From positions 43,573 to 107,572 of the forward strand of contig JALUEE010000078.1 of assembly GCA_027053075.1 (NCBI GenBank): 64,000 bases of DNA, in the 5' to 3' direction. The position numbers and the translations under genes are program-made. Origin of the DNA: a candidate division WOR-3 bacterium (GTDB taxonomy: Bacteria; Hydrothermota; Hydrothermia; B15-G9; WFZT01). The notes beneath the pieces were generated by a model. It was not told the DNA's origin, did no database searches, and worked only from the letters and a program-made list of their open reading frames with translations. This document shows positions 30,750 to 41,086 of this stretch, piece after piece. Numbering within the stretch: the stretch's first letter is position 1; every line of letters starts with the position of its first letter.

Positions 30750-32684
30750 CTACCTGATGAGATACACACCCAATTGAACTTTGAAGACTTCCTTATCCTG
30801 CTTCAAATCAAAGCCCATACCTTCATCCTCGTAACGGCGATTAATAGCGAGGTAAATCCCTGAAAAAGCGGAGGGTTCGTAAGCCAGGATACCATTTAGC
30901 TGAAACTTTTTCTTATTCAGCATCCTGTCGTCGGTGTAGTTGAGATAAGGTTTTAAGAGGACTTTGTAAGGTAGAGGGATTTCACCATAAACCTGGGCAA
31001 CACGCTTGTCATCGTAATTTGACTTGAAATAGTCGAGTTTGAAACCAAGATTAACCCCGTAAAGGCTAACCGCAAATCCACCTTCAACCTTTTTCAGATC
31101 ACCGCCGAGATAGCGGCCTTTATAAAACTCAACGTACATGTTTTTCCAGGCAGAGATCTGATAGGCCAGTGCGAGCATGAGAAGGTTTACTCTGGTCTCA
31201 GGATAGTATCCTCTCAAATACCCCAAATCCTGTGTAATATAGCCAATACCGCCAAGGTAGGGGAGTTTTCCACCGGAGAAGTAAAGCATCCCGCGATTTC
31301 TTACAAGAGTGTTGTCATAAAGGTCACGTGTTACTGAATAATTTGTGTGTACACCGAAATAGCGATTATTTTCACTGAATTTTTTGTAAACCGCAGCGAC
31401 AAAGAACGACTTTACCCCATCGAAATAGAGGTTAAGCATGTTCAAAGGGGAAATGAATGCGCTGTCGATATAACTGCCCTCGAGTCTGAAAAGAAAGCCC
31501 TGAATTGGATTCCTATTTACCGCAAAGTGTATTAGATTGGAAGATTGGTCAAGTCTCCTTGAGAACTGAGCGCTGGCCGTGAGACTGTATTTTCTCAATG
31601 CATAAAAGATATCTCCTGAGACCACGTTGTAACCTATAGAATTTGCATCAAGAAAGGTACCAAAACTGAGGTTTTTTGAAGGAGAATATCTGATTCTTGT
31701 AAAAGAGACTGTCCCGAGCGAATCGTCATCAACGTACCATATCCCGAAAGCACTCATGTCGCTCACGGAGTAAAACTTCAGTCCATAATTCGGATAGGCG
31801 AGGTTTCTTGTTCTGATCAGACCGATTGGAAGATTAAGAATTGACTTGCCTTCCACAAAAAACGGTCTTTTCTCTGGATAGTTTACCGGGAGACGTGATA
31901 TATCGACCTTTATAATGTCTGCCTCTACCTCAGAGAAGTCTGGCTTGTAGGTAAAATCCAGCAGGTCTCCTGAGCCTTTTTTGAATCTTGTAGTGAAGCC
32001 ACTGCTAAATTGATAGGTTTTATCAGCAAATGGATTCCTTTCAATCCTTGTTGATGGAACAAAGTAAAGATTATAGTCACGGGTTTTCTTGATATAATTG
32101 AAGTCAAGCTCAAAGCTCAATGTGTTCCTTGGAGAAAGTTCCTTTGTGGGATAAAGTAGCTGAATGTGCGCGTTTTTTGAGATTACCCGCATCACCTGAA
32201 GGCCCCAAGGGGATTTTGTATAGGATAAGTTTTTGAAAGGTACAAAAACGAAGGCGTCCCAGTAGTCGGATTTCCTGTGAGTTTTTACCTTGATATTTGC
32301 ATCCCATTCCGTGATTCCGTTACTGGTGTAAATTTTGTCAAGGATGGTGCCAAGAGGGTTAACACCTATGTAATAGGCGTTTCGTCTATCTGAAGTCGTA
32401 GAGACGAAGAAATAAACCGCGTCCTCTGCCTGTTTGAAAAGGGCATCGGAATCCCTTTTGCGGGAACTTGCATTTATACCCTCTTTCTGCCACATCCTGA
32501 CATAGAAGACCAGCCCATCTTTTGTGTAACCTAAATAAATCTGGCTCGAATCTGACGGCATGCTGTCCACTTTAGGGATAACTTCAATAAGTTTCAGATG
32601 GTCCTTTACAGTTAAGATTTGCTGGGGAACCTCGAGTTTATGGAAGGTAAGATTGAACGACAGAAGAAACATTAACCAAAACAT
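30750..32684 (-). CDS. CBM9-like + DUF5916-type outer-membrane protein
   Basis: PDFSEVEAD...YPEKRPFF motif, beta-rich C-terminus, short signal peptide. Confidence 0.7.
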   Translation of the reverse strand: MFWLMFLLSFNLTFHKLEVPQQILTVKDHLKLIEVIPKVDSMPSDSSQIYLGYTKDGLVFYVRMWQKEGINASSRKRDSDALFKQAEDAVYFFVSTTSDRRNAYYIGVNPLGTILDKIYTSNGITEWDANIKVKTHRKSDYWDAFVFVPFKNLSYTKSPWGLQVMRVISKNAHIQLLYPTKELSPRNTLSFELDFNYIKKTRDYNLYFVPSTRIERNPFADKTYQFSSGFTTRFKKGSGDLLDFTYKPDFSEVEADIIKVDISRLPVNYPEKRPFFVEGKSILNLPIGLIRTRNLAYPNYGLKFYSVSDMSAFGIWYVDDDSLGTVSFTRIRYSPSKNLSFGTFLDANSIGYNVVSGDIFYALRKYSLTASAQFSRRLDQSSNLIHFAVNRNPIQGFLFRLEGSYIDSAFISPLNMLNLYFDGVKSFFVAAVYKKFSENNRYFGVHTNYSVTRDLYDNTLVRNRGMLYFSGGKLPYLGGIGYITQDLGYLRGYYPETRVNLLMLALAYQISAWKNMYVEFYKGRYLGGDLKKVEGGFAVSLYGVNLGFKLDYFKSNYDDKRVAQVYGEIPLPYKVLLKPYLNYTDDRMLNKKKFQLNGILAYEPSAFSGIYLAINRRYEDEGMGFDLKQDKEVFKVQLGVYLIR

Positions 32685-32914
32685 AACTCACCTCCTTTTC
32701 AAATTAAGGGCAAAAGAGAAGTAAATAAAAGGATGGATTCCCCATCCCATCTTTGTTTCTCTTTATGACCCAGGGCAATCCATCTTTGTTTTTCAATTTG
32801 TAACCCCCAAGATCAAAATAAAATATTCAAATTCCAAGCAGGGATTATTATAAATTCAAATATCGAACTTTTGCAAGAGGGAAATTTTAATGGACAATGA
32901 CTCGAAGTGAAAGC

Positions 32915-33871
32915 CTATAAATCAGCGAGGTGTTTTCTAAGTTTTTCTGCGGCTGTTTCAGGCGAAACGGTGTTAATGTAATATCCGGTTCCTACCTCAA
33001 AGCCAGCAAGCCCTACAAGTCTCGGTAAAATCTCTATATGCCAGTGAAAGTCATGGTCTTCAATTGAGTGAATTATGAGATTGTAAGAAAATCCGTTGAG
33101 TTCCATGCGGTAAGATTTGAGAAGCTTGAGTAGAAATTTGGCGAGGTATTTGAGGCGTTCATCACTTGCCTCTCCGAAGCTCGACTCGTGCTCCGATGGG
33201 ACAATCCAGGATTCGTAGGAAAATCTTGAGCCAAAGGGAGCTATTGCCACAAATCCAGATTCGTTCATTATCAGGCGTTCTTTGGTTCTCACTTCAATAT
33301 CCAGCACTCTGCATAGGGCTTTCCTCCTCTTCATGGCCTCCAATTCCCTTTTTATATGCTCGGGAATAGCCCTAAGAGCGAGTATCTGGGTGTGCGGATG
33401 CGGCAGAGATGCCCCTGCATATTTCCCCCAATTGCGAAAGATGTGCACATATCTGATACCGGGTTTGCCGATAAGCGCCCGGTATCGCTCTCTATAAACC
33501 CTTAAAATTTCAAAAAGATGCTCCTCGCTTTGATCTGCGAGGTCTTTAAAGTGGTCTGGAGTTTCGATTACGACCTCATGATATCCTGTAGCGAGCTCTC
33601 CCCTGTAAAACTTGTGCCTGAAGAACTTCTCATTGTGTTCCTTTGAAACCACTGCAGGGAATTTGTTTGGCACCACCCTGACAATCCACTTGCCGTTTCT
33701 TTCAACTCTCATAATTTCCGGCGGTGTCCTTTCTTCTCGTCCGGGGCAGAAGGGGCATGTGTCCACTGTGTGAGTATATTCATCTGGAGAAAACGCTATC
33801 GGTCTGAAACCGCGCTCAGGAGAGATTATAACTGTAGAACCTGTGACAGGGTCGTGTCTGATTTCAGGCAT
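32915..33871 (-). CDS. Second GalT-family nucleotidyltransferase
   Basis: EIRHDP, CPFCPG, GASLPHPHTQ, FHWHIE. Confidence 0.85.
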   Translation of the reverse strand: MPEIRHDPVTGSTVIISPERGFRPIAFSPDEYTHTVDTCPFCPGREERTPPEIMRVERNGKWIVRVVPNKFPAVVSKEHNEKFFRHKFYRGELATGYHEVVIETPDHFKDLADQSEEHLFEILRVYRERYRALIGKPGIRYVHIFRNWGKYAGASLPHPHTQILALRAIPEHIKRELEAMKRRKALCRVLDIEVRTKERLIMNESGFVAIAPFGSRFSYESWIVPSEHESSFGEASDERLKYLAKFLLKLLKSYRMELNGFSYNLIIHSIEDHDFHWHIEILPRLVGLAGFEVGTGYYINTVSPETAAEKLRKHLADL

Positions 33872-35273
33872 CCTTTAGTCCTTTCGACATCCTCAAGACA
33901 GAATTACGGAGTTGCCTGCGGCGGAATGCCACCTGACGTGCCATATTCTTTGTGAATACCCTGTACCAGGCCGGCCTTGTTACGTCTGTTGATCCGGGAT
34001 GTTTTCTGTAACGATAGAGCACCTTGTGCACTCTTATAACCTGGTACTTTTCAGAGACTTTGAGTACCATGTCGTAGTCTTCACCGTAATTTCCGTAGTT
34101 CTCTTCGTCGAAAAGTCCCATTTCAAAAAGTACCTTTTTCCTCCAGGTGCGAACAGCACCCGCTCCTTCGACTCTTAGAATATTGTTTCTATCGTATTCG
34201 AGATGCCTGATGACCCCAAACTCCTTAAGAGGATTACCAGCCTCATCCATAAGCTCGTAGTATGAGATAGCAAGTCCTGCGTAAGGGTTTGATTCCAGTG
34301 CCTCCACCATGTAGCGAAGGGTATAGGGAAGATAAACATCGTCGGAATCAAGCTGCGAAATATATTTGCCACGCGCATTTCTTATCCCGGTATTGAGGGC
34401 AAGGGCAATGGTCCCGGTAGGATTTTGAAAGAGTTTTACCTTCCCGGTTTGTGTGTATTTTCTCACAATGTCCTGTGTGCCGTCAGTTGAACCATTATCA
34501 ACAACAATAACCTCGTAAGAATCAAAGTCCTGGTTGAGCACACTTTCGATGGCAGTCCCAATAAACTTTGCCCGGTTTAACACGGGAATGACGACACTCA
34601 CCATGAGCTCATAATTCTCGACGGGGTCATAGACCTTCTCGTAGTGTCCATCGAGGAAAGCATCGTTCCGTAGGAGAAAATCTTTAAAAACCTTCTCGTA
34701 TTCCATCTCTTCTTCGGGCTTGTAAAAAAGGTATCTAAAACTCCGTGAATGTAGTTTCTTAGCAAGCTCGTCATCTTCCACCTCAAGTGTGGAGTAAAGC
34801 GGCTCCTTAACGTGTACAAATGGAGATTTTCTGTCGATCATCTTGAGTTTAAGATCGTAGAGGTACGCGTAATTCAGTCTATCGAGTGCGTGGACCTCAA
34901 TGGGTTGATTTAACACCATCACGTGACCGAAATCGAACCTTTCGGTAAAGTCACCGTTAAAATCAAAAAGGTCCTTCTTCTCACCGGCTTCGATATAATC
35001 AGAGTAAAGCCAGCAGCCGGTGCAGGTTGAAATCTTTTCAAGAAAGTTATCGGCTGGAACGATCGCCGGTGAGGCGAAAATAAGAGAATATCCTGCATCG
35101 AGGAGACTGTTTATCATAGCGCCGACATTCGCGCGAGGATAAGTCTCAATTCCATCGATTTCCGTATCCGAGATGGCAATTACTTTTTCTGCAAACTTAA
35201 AATTTTTTGCTCCCTTTTTGACAAACTGCTTCTCTTCTGGATTTAAAAGGTCAAAGATTACTGCGTACATCAA
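33864..35273 (-). CDS. Glycosyltransferase family 2
   Basis: VSVVIP, VDNGSTDGT, QLDSDD, GEDY in C-terminal half. Confidence 0.88.
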   Translation of the reverse strand: MMYAVIFDLLNPEEKQFVKKGAKNFKFAEKVIAISDTEIDGIETYPRANVGAMINSLLDAGYSLIFASPAIVPADNFLEKISTCTGCWLYSDYIEAGEKKDLFDFNGDFTERFDFGHVMVLNQPIEVHALDRLNYAYLYDLKLKMIDRKSPFVHVKEPLYSTLEVEDDELAKKLHSRSFRYLFYKPEEEMEYEKVFKDFLLRNDAFLDGHYEKVYDPVENYELMVSVVIPVLNRAKFIGTAIESVLNQDFDSYEVIVVDNGSTDGTQDIVRKYTQTGKVKLFQNPTGTIALALNTGIRNARGKYISQLDSDDVYLPYTLRYMVEALESNPYAGLAISYYELMDEAGNPLKEFGVIRHLEYDRNNILRVEGAGAVRTWRKKVLFEMGLFDEENYGNYGEDYDMVLKVSEKYQVIRVHKVLYRYRKHPGSTDVTRPAWYRVFTKNMARQVAFRRRQLRNSVLRMSKGLKDA

Positions 35274-36254
35274 CTATCCCCAGCGAATGATATTGGCGCC
35301 CCATGTGAATCCGGCACCAAAGGAAACGGTTAGAACAAGGTCACCTTTCTTCAGGAGACCCTTTTGTTTCATCTCTGTGAGGGCTATGGGGATGGATGCT
35401 GCGCTTGTATTCCCGTATTTGTCAATGTTAATGTAAACCTTCTCAGGTGGTAGCCCCAGCTTTTCCCTTGTGGCATCAATGATTCTCACGTTTGCCTGGT
35501 GAGGAACAAGCCACGTGATATCTTCCTTTTTCAATTCAGCCTGCTCGAGAACCTTTAAAGCTGCCTTTTGCATGTTTAATACAGCGTATTTGAAGACCTC
35601 ACGACCTTTCATAACCGTGTAATGCAATCTTTTCTCAACAGTTTCACGTGAAGCAGGCATCCTCGAACCACCGGCAGGCAGGTAAAGCAGGTCTCCAAGA
35701 TTCCCATCCCCACCAAGGTGAGATGTTATAATCCCATAGGGGGTGTCATCCATAGTGAGGACAGCGGCTCCCGCACCGTCACCGAATAGAACGTAGGTGG
35801 CACGGTCTTCCGGGTCCATGAATTTTGTCAAATTTTCAGCACCAATCACAAGTATTTTCTTGTAGTTTGGAAGATGGAGTAATCCTCTTGCCACCTCAAG
35901 TCCGTAGATAAAACCAGGACATGCAGCTTCCATGTCAAAGCAGGGTTTGCCCTTGATACCAAGATTTTTCTGCACGAGACACGCTGTTGCGGGATAAAAC
36001 ATATCAGGTGATGCTGTACCGACGATAATCATATCGAGTTCTTCTGGAGTAACTCCAGCATCTTTCAAAGCCATTTTTGCAGCTTCTGTCGCAAGGTCTG
36101 ATGTTGCCATTTCAGGGGGCGCAATTCTACGCTCCACTATTCCTGTCCTCGTTCTTATCCATTCATCAGAGGTATCCAGGAACTTCTCAAGATCAAAATT
36201 TGTCACGACATTTTCGGGGACATAACTCCCTATACCGATAATTCTTACACCCAT
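35274..36254 (-). CDS. fabH: 3-oxoacyl-ACP synthase III
   Basis: AACPGF, LFGDGAGA, PHQAN, GNTSAAS, FGAG. Confidence 0.96.
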   Translation of the reverse strand: MGVRIIGIGSYVPENVVTNFDLEKFLDTSDEWIRTRTGIVERRIAPPEMATSDLATEAAKMALKDAGVTPEELDMIIVGTASPDMFYPATACLVQKNLGIKGKPCFDMEAACPGFIYGLEVARGLLHLPNYKKILVIGAENLTKFMDPEDRATYVLFGDGAGAAVLTMDDTPYGIITSHLGGDGNLGDLLYLPAGGSRMPASRETVEKRLHYTVMKGREVFKYAVLNMQKAALKVLEQAELKKEDITWLVPHQANVRIIDATREKLGLPPEKVYINIDKYGNTSAASIPIALTEMKQKGLLKKGDLVLTVSFGAGFTWGANIIRWG

Positions 36255-36391
36255 TTTCTCTCGCTCCAGGGGAAACGTTGAAAATAAATGTTAATCACTG
36301 GCAGTTAGATTAATCAAGTATTTTATGCGTGAATCCTACTTTCTTGCCGTTATCCATGCGGTATTTAAAAACTTTGAAGAAGTCAGTCATG

Positions 36392-36442
36392 TGTTTTTCC
36401 TGGGGGGCCACGCACTTCGTGCGTGGCCCCCCAGGAAAAACA
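36392..36442. repeat. GC-rich palindrome (REP-like)
   Basis: 24-bp perfect stem, TTC loop. Confidence 0.9.
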
Positions 36443-36540
36443 ATTCCTTTATAAGATGCATCTAATGCTTTGAATCTCCCATCGTGCTTTTACAACTCTA
36501 TTTTGTCAAATTCCTCATGCAGGTGTAAAATTTATATGAA

Positions 36541-38489
36541 ATGTTTCCTTTCACTGCCTTTGTCGATCAGGAAGATTTAAAGCTCGGCCTTCTCATTGCT
36601 GTGGTAAATCCAAAAGTCGGTGGTGTCCTTCTCACCGGTGAAAAGGGGACAGGTAAGACCACCCTCGTGCGCTCCCTCGCGGAAATATTACCCATGATCG
36701 AAGCTGTAAAAGGGTGCCCCTTCCATTGCTACCCCTACGATAAAAGACGTCAGTGCCCAGAGTGCCGAAAGAAAGAGCATATCGAGGTAGAAAAGATTCC
36801 CATGAAGATAGTGGAACTTCCCATTGGAGCCACAGAGGATATGGTTCTTGGCACCATCAATATTGAAAAGGCTGTGAAAGAAAAGACCATAAGCTTTGAA
36901 ATTGGCATTCTTGGCCGTGCAAACAGGAATATTCTCTACATCGACGAGGTGAATTTGCTTCCTGATTACCTGGTGGATGTCATCCTCGATGCTGCTGCAA
37001 CGGGATGGAATACCGTTGAGCGTGAGGGAATTTCCTATTCTCACCCTGCAGAATTTATCCTCATTGGAAGTATGAATCCTGAGGAAGGAGACCTGCGACC
37101 CCAGTTGCTCGACAGATTTGGTCTGAGTATTGAAGTTAAGCCTATAAGGGATCCAAAATTGAGAGTAGAAGTTTACAGACGACGTGAAGAGTACGACCGC
37201 GACCCCGAGGGTTTCAGGAAAAAGTGTGAAGATAAGCAGAATGAGCTTAAAATGCGAATTGCACATGCGAGGGAAATTCTGGACGAGGTTGAAATTCCAG
37301 AAAATGTAATGCTCCAGACTGCAGAGCTCATGATTTCTCTTGGTGTGAAGTCCAACCGTGCGGAAATAACAACCTTCCGTGCAGCAAAGGCAGTCGCAGC
37401 CCTTGATGGCAGAAAAATTGTAACCTGGGATGATGTAAAGAGGGTGGTAAAATTTGCCGTTGCTCATAGGATACCTGCCGATAAAAGAAGAGAAATCGAT
37501 GGTTTACTCAAGGAGAAAATCGAGGAAAAGGTGGTAGTTCCAGAGAATAAGGGGCCTCAAAAGACCACCCGTGGAATAATTGATTTCTTTGTTCAAAAGG
37601 TGAAGGGTAACAGCGAAAAAAAAAGTTAGCCAGAATCACAGGGGACAATAAGGGAACCAAACCCCTTATTTCCGAGCTCGGCATCAAAGGTAAGGAGATT
37701 TTCCTCGGACAGGATGTCAAAAGGGAGTTTAAGGAAATTGATTTTGGTGAAGTTGAGGAAGGGATAAAGAGAGGGAGAGGGAGAAGGTTTTTTGATTCAT
37801 TTAAGGGTAAAAAGGTGGGGGAGAGGGCTTATCACCGTGGTGATAGGGTGGACATTTTCTCAACTTTCTTGAGAATGCTGAAAAATGGGGGAGAGGAGAT
37901 AGATGAGCTTAGGTCTGCCAGGTTTGAAGAGCCCAAAAAGCGTCTCATTCTGGTACTCTTAGATGCCAGTGATTCCATGGAAAGGGTGATAGATGCAACA
38001 AGGGAGGCCGTTGTTAAAATTCTCAAGGATAGCTATGTTTCAAGGGATGAGGTGGCAATTATCAAGTTTCAGGGGGCAGATGCAGACCTTGTGATAAAAC
38101 CCACAAGAAATGCCATATATGCTGATGAAAAGTTGAGAAGTATTCGGGTCAAGGGTTCAACTCCGTTAGCTGCCGGGTTTAGGAAATCTATTGATTTCTT
38201 AAGGAAGGTGAAGCCCCACTACAAAAACACACTTTTTGTTCTTGTCTCAGATGGGAATCCCAATGTTTCGCGAGATGGTGACCCTGTGGAAAGTGCGGTA
38301 AAACTTGCAGGGGAACTCAGACGTCTTGCCGATGTCCGTATCTTTATCAACCCCAATCCATCCCTTGTAGAGGTCCCAAGAAAAATAGCCGCAGCCCTCG
38401 GTGCAAAGTACGTCGAGCTAAAAAGCGAAGAAAAAACCACCGAAGCATTATCTAAAATGATCGGCTCGAAAGGTGGTCAGAGAATTTAA
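36541..38489 (+). CDS. chlD: ChlD/BchD-type chelatase subunit: AAA+ ORF (36541-37629) joined to vWA domain by a -1 frameshift
   Basis: GEKGTGKT, LYIDEVNLL, NPEEGDLRPQLLDRFG; A9G run at 37616-37625; -1 frame open to vWA MIDAS DASDS. Confidence 0.8.
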
Positions 38490-38718
38490 ATCCGTGGATG
38501 TTGCCTGTAATCCCACTTAGGAGTTTTTCCCGGGTTTTTCGGAGTCGATTGAAGAAATTTCCTGCGAAAGATGGGTGTTTAAAAATTTTTTGATGTTTTC
38601 TCATGTAGTGAAATTTAGATAACTGATACTTTTATGTGTTGTTAGTCCAGTAAAGATAAATATTCGAACATTGTTTAAGTTGAGATGCTTTTGTTTATTG
38701 TGCGGTATTAATGGGGGT

Positions 38719-38749
38719 GGTGGGGCACGCACTTCGTGCGTGCCCCACC
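38719..38749. repeat. GC-rich palindrome (REP-like)
   Basis: 14-bp stem, CACGCAC-TTC-GTGCGTG core. Confidence 0.85.
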
Positions 38750-38996
38750 CATTAATAAAAATTTTTGACTAATGGTTATATCTCATAAGTGACCTGGATG
38801 TTTTATAGAACTATTCAAAGGTCCCAGATTTGAGTACAAAAAGAAATGGATATGTAGATTTTTATGTGTGGATTTTTGATTGGGTTAAAATTTGTCTAAT
38901 AGTTGTATTTAGTACTTCATTTTGACTCATTTCTAAGAACTATTTGAAATGTTTACTATCCGTCCTTTACAATCTCCCAGAACAGGAGTGGTTAGT

Positions 38997-39905
38997 ATGA
39001 ATTTTGCTGGACTGCCCTTGGGGATCAGGGAAAAAGTTTTAAGGTGCCTCGAGATGTTTAATAAAGGATTCCCTATTCTAATCAGAGGAGAGACAGGGGT
39101 GGGGAAAAGTTTCCTCGCCCGGGAAATTCATAGAGCATCCAGATGGAAAGATGGAGAATTTGTACGAGTTGATCTTGCATCTCTTGAAAATGACCTCTTT
39201 GAATCGCAGCTGTTTGGATACGATAGGGGAACTTTCACCGGCGGATTAATCGAAGGTAAAGTAGGACTGCTCGATCTGGCGCAGGGTGGAACTGTTTTCT
39301 TTGATGAAATTGGGAATCTGGACCTCCGATACCAGAAAAAGTTGCTTATTTTCCTGGACGAGAGGAGATACAGAAGGGTGGGAGGTAAAAATTATATCCA
39401 TCTAAACGCAGGTATAATTTTTGCGACAAACATATATATAAAGGGTGCCCTGACCGAGGGGAAATTGAGGGAAGACCTGTACCACAGGATTAAAACATGT
39501 GAGATAGAACTGCCTCCTCTTCGGGCAAGACTCTTTGTGTTAGAGGAAATCATAGAGTTATTGATAAAGATTAAGAATCTCAAACCATTGAAGTTTACCC
39601 CGGATGCAATCGAAAAGATGAAAGAGTATTCCTGGCCCGGCAATTTGAGGGAGCTATTGAATTTTCTTGTGGAATTGAACTCATTGGGGAAGCATACAAT
39701 AGAGATATCAGACCTACCAGAGAACGTAAGGAATCACAATAAAGCGGATAGCAATGGAAGGATTAGACCTGAGCTGATAATAAATGAGCTGAGTAAAACA
39801 GGAGGGAATGTAAAAGAAACGGCAAGCCGGCTGGGGGTTTCGAGGCAATACCTATATAAGATGTTCCGCGCTTACAGGATAAATCCCGCGGATTATAGAC
39901 GGTAA
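38997..39905 (+). CDS. Sigma54-interaction AAA+ regulator with Fis HTH and no sensory domain
   Basis: GETGVGKS, GTFTGG (GAFTGA variant), FFDEIG, WPGNLREL, HTH. Confidence 0.88.
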   Translation: MNFAGLPLGIREKVLRCLEMFNKGFPILIRGETGVGKSFLAREIHRASRWKDGEFVRVDLASLENDLFESQLFGYDRGTFTGGLIEGKVGLLDLAQGGTVFFDEIGNLDLRYQKKLLIFLDERRYRRVGGKNYIHLNAGIIFATNIYIKGALTEGKLREDLYHRIKTCEIELPPLRARLFVLEEIIELLIKIKNLKPLKFTPDAIEKMKEYSWPGNLRELLNFLVELNSLGKHTIEISDLPENVRNHNKADSNGRIRPELIINELSKTGGNVKETASRLGVSRQYLYKMFRAYRINPADYRR

Positions 39906-39982
39906 GTTTTTATTTTTATTTATGAAGAATTCTCTTCCGGACACGATGGAGCCGGAGGCTGCCAAAATTTTGCGATTAAAAG

Positions 39983-40004
39983 GTGTAAACAGGGTAGTTG
40001 ACAC
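39983..40004. promoter_or_regulatory. Candidate operator GTGTAAAC-N6-GTTGACAC
   Basis: Near-palindrome, repeated at 46899, 46972 and 47041. Confidence 0.6.
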
Positions 40005-40126
40005 AGCAAAACCCGCATGAAGACTGAGAAAATTCCACAAATAGCATAAAAATACTGGAGAAATATAAAACATGATGATAGTATCTCTAACTTTGTAGAC
40101 TCTTTGTAACAATATATAATTCCCAA

Positions 40127-41086
40127 ATGGATATTGTTGTCAGTGTAAAAAATCTGGAAAAAGTATATAAGAGGCAGCGTCGAGAATCTGGTCTAAAGAA
40201 CGTAATAAAGGATTTTTTTAGAAGGCAATATACACAGATACAAGCGCTTAAAAAAGTAAGTTTTACTGTAAGAAAAGGAGAAATCATAGGTTATATCGGA
40301 CCCAACGGAGCAGGTAAAACTACTACCCTAAAAATACTATCGGGTATACTTTATCCATCTGGAGGGGATGTGGAGGTTCTTGGTTTTACTCCCTGGAAAC
40401 GTAAAAGGGAGTTTCTGAAAAAAATAACCCTTATAATGGGACAAAAAAATCAATTATGGTGGGATATTCCGGCAATGGATAGTTTTTTACTCTTCAAAGA
40501 GATATATGAGGTACCTGATCATATTTTCAAAAAGCAAATTAATACTTTATTGGATATGCTTGATGCTGGAAAACTTGTCAATTATCCTGTCAGACATCTT
40601 TCTATGGGAGAGAGGATGAAGATGGAGATTGTTGCCGCTTTAATTCATAACCCGGACATAATATTTCTTGACGAACCGACTATTGGACTGGACGTGATGT
40701 CTCAAACTTCTATAAGAGAGTTTTTATCCGCTTATAACAAGGAATTTCAGAAAACCATAATCCTGACAAGTTACTACATGAAGGATATTGAAGAATTATC
40801 CAATAGGGTGATCTTTATAATGAATGGAGAAATTATTTATGATGGATCTATAGATAAATTAATCTCCAGAACTCTTTCTCACGAATATGTTGAAGTAACG
40901 TTTGGTACAGGTAAAGGATTTGTGAAAAAATCTTATAAAGTTAAAAAAGAAGAAATGCCAGATTTTCTAAGGAAAATTTTAACAAGTAACAACGGTTCTA
41001 TAGTTGAGATTAGGCATAGAAAACCTGACCTTGAAGAAGTTGCTCGTATTATTATGGCCTCTAAGGGGATTAAGAAAGATGAGTAA
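40127..41086 (+). CDS. ABC transporter ATP-binding protein
   Basis: GPNGAGKTT, LSMGE, FLDEPT; switch His appears replaced (TSYY). Confidence 0.92.
   Translation: MDIVVSVKNLEKVYKRQRRESGLKNVIKDFFRRQYTQIQALKKVSFTVRKGEIIGYIGPNGAGKTTTLKILSGILYPSGGDVEVLGFTPWKRKREFLKKITLIMGQKNQLWWDIPAMDSFLLFKEIYEVPDHIFKKQINTLLDMLDAGKLVNYPVRHLSMGERMKMEIVAALIHNPDIIFLDEPTIGLDVMSQTSIREFLSAYNKEFQKTIILTSYYMKDIEELSNRVIFIMNGEIIYDGSIDKLISRTLSHEYVEVTFGTGKGFVKKSYKVKKEEMPDFLRKILTSNNGSIVEIRHRKPDLEEVARIIMASKGIKKDE

Noticed and set aside
36688..37467. 259-aa antisense ORF (also 1066-1662)
   Set aside because: Lies opposite well-supported genes; no recognisable motifs
37815..38489. Stand-alone vWA gene starting at GTG 37815
   Set aside because: Frame is open back to the A9G site; better explained as the frameshifted half of chlD
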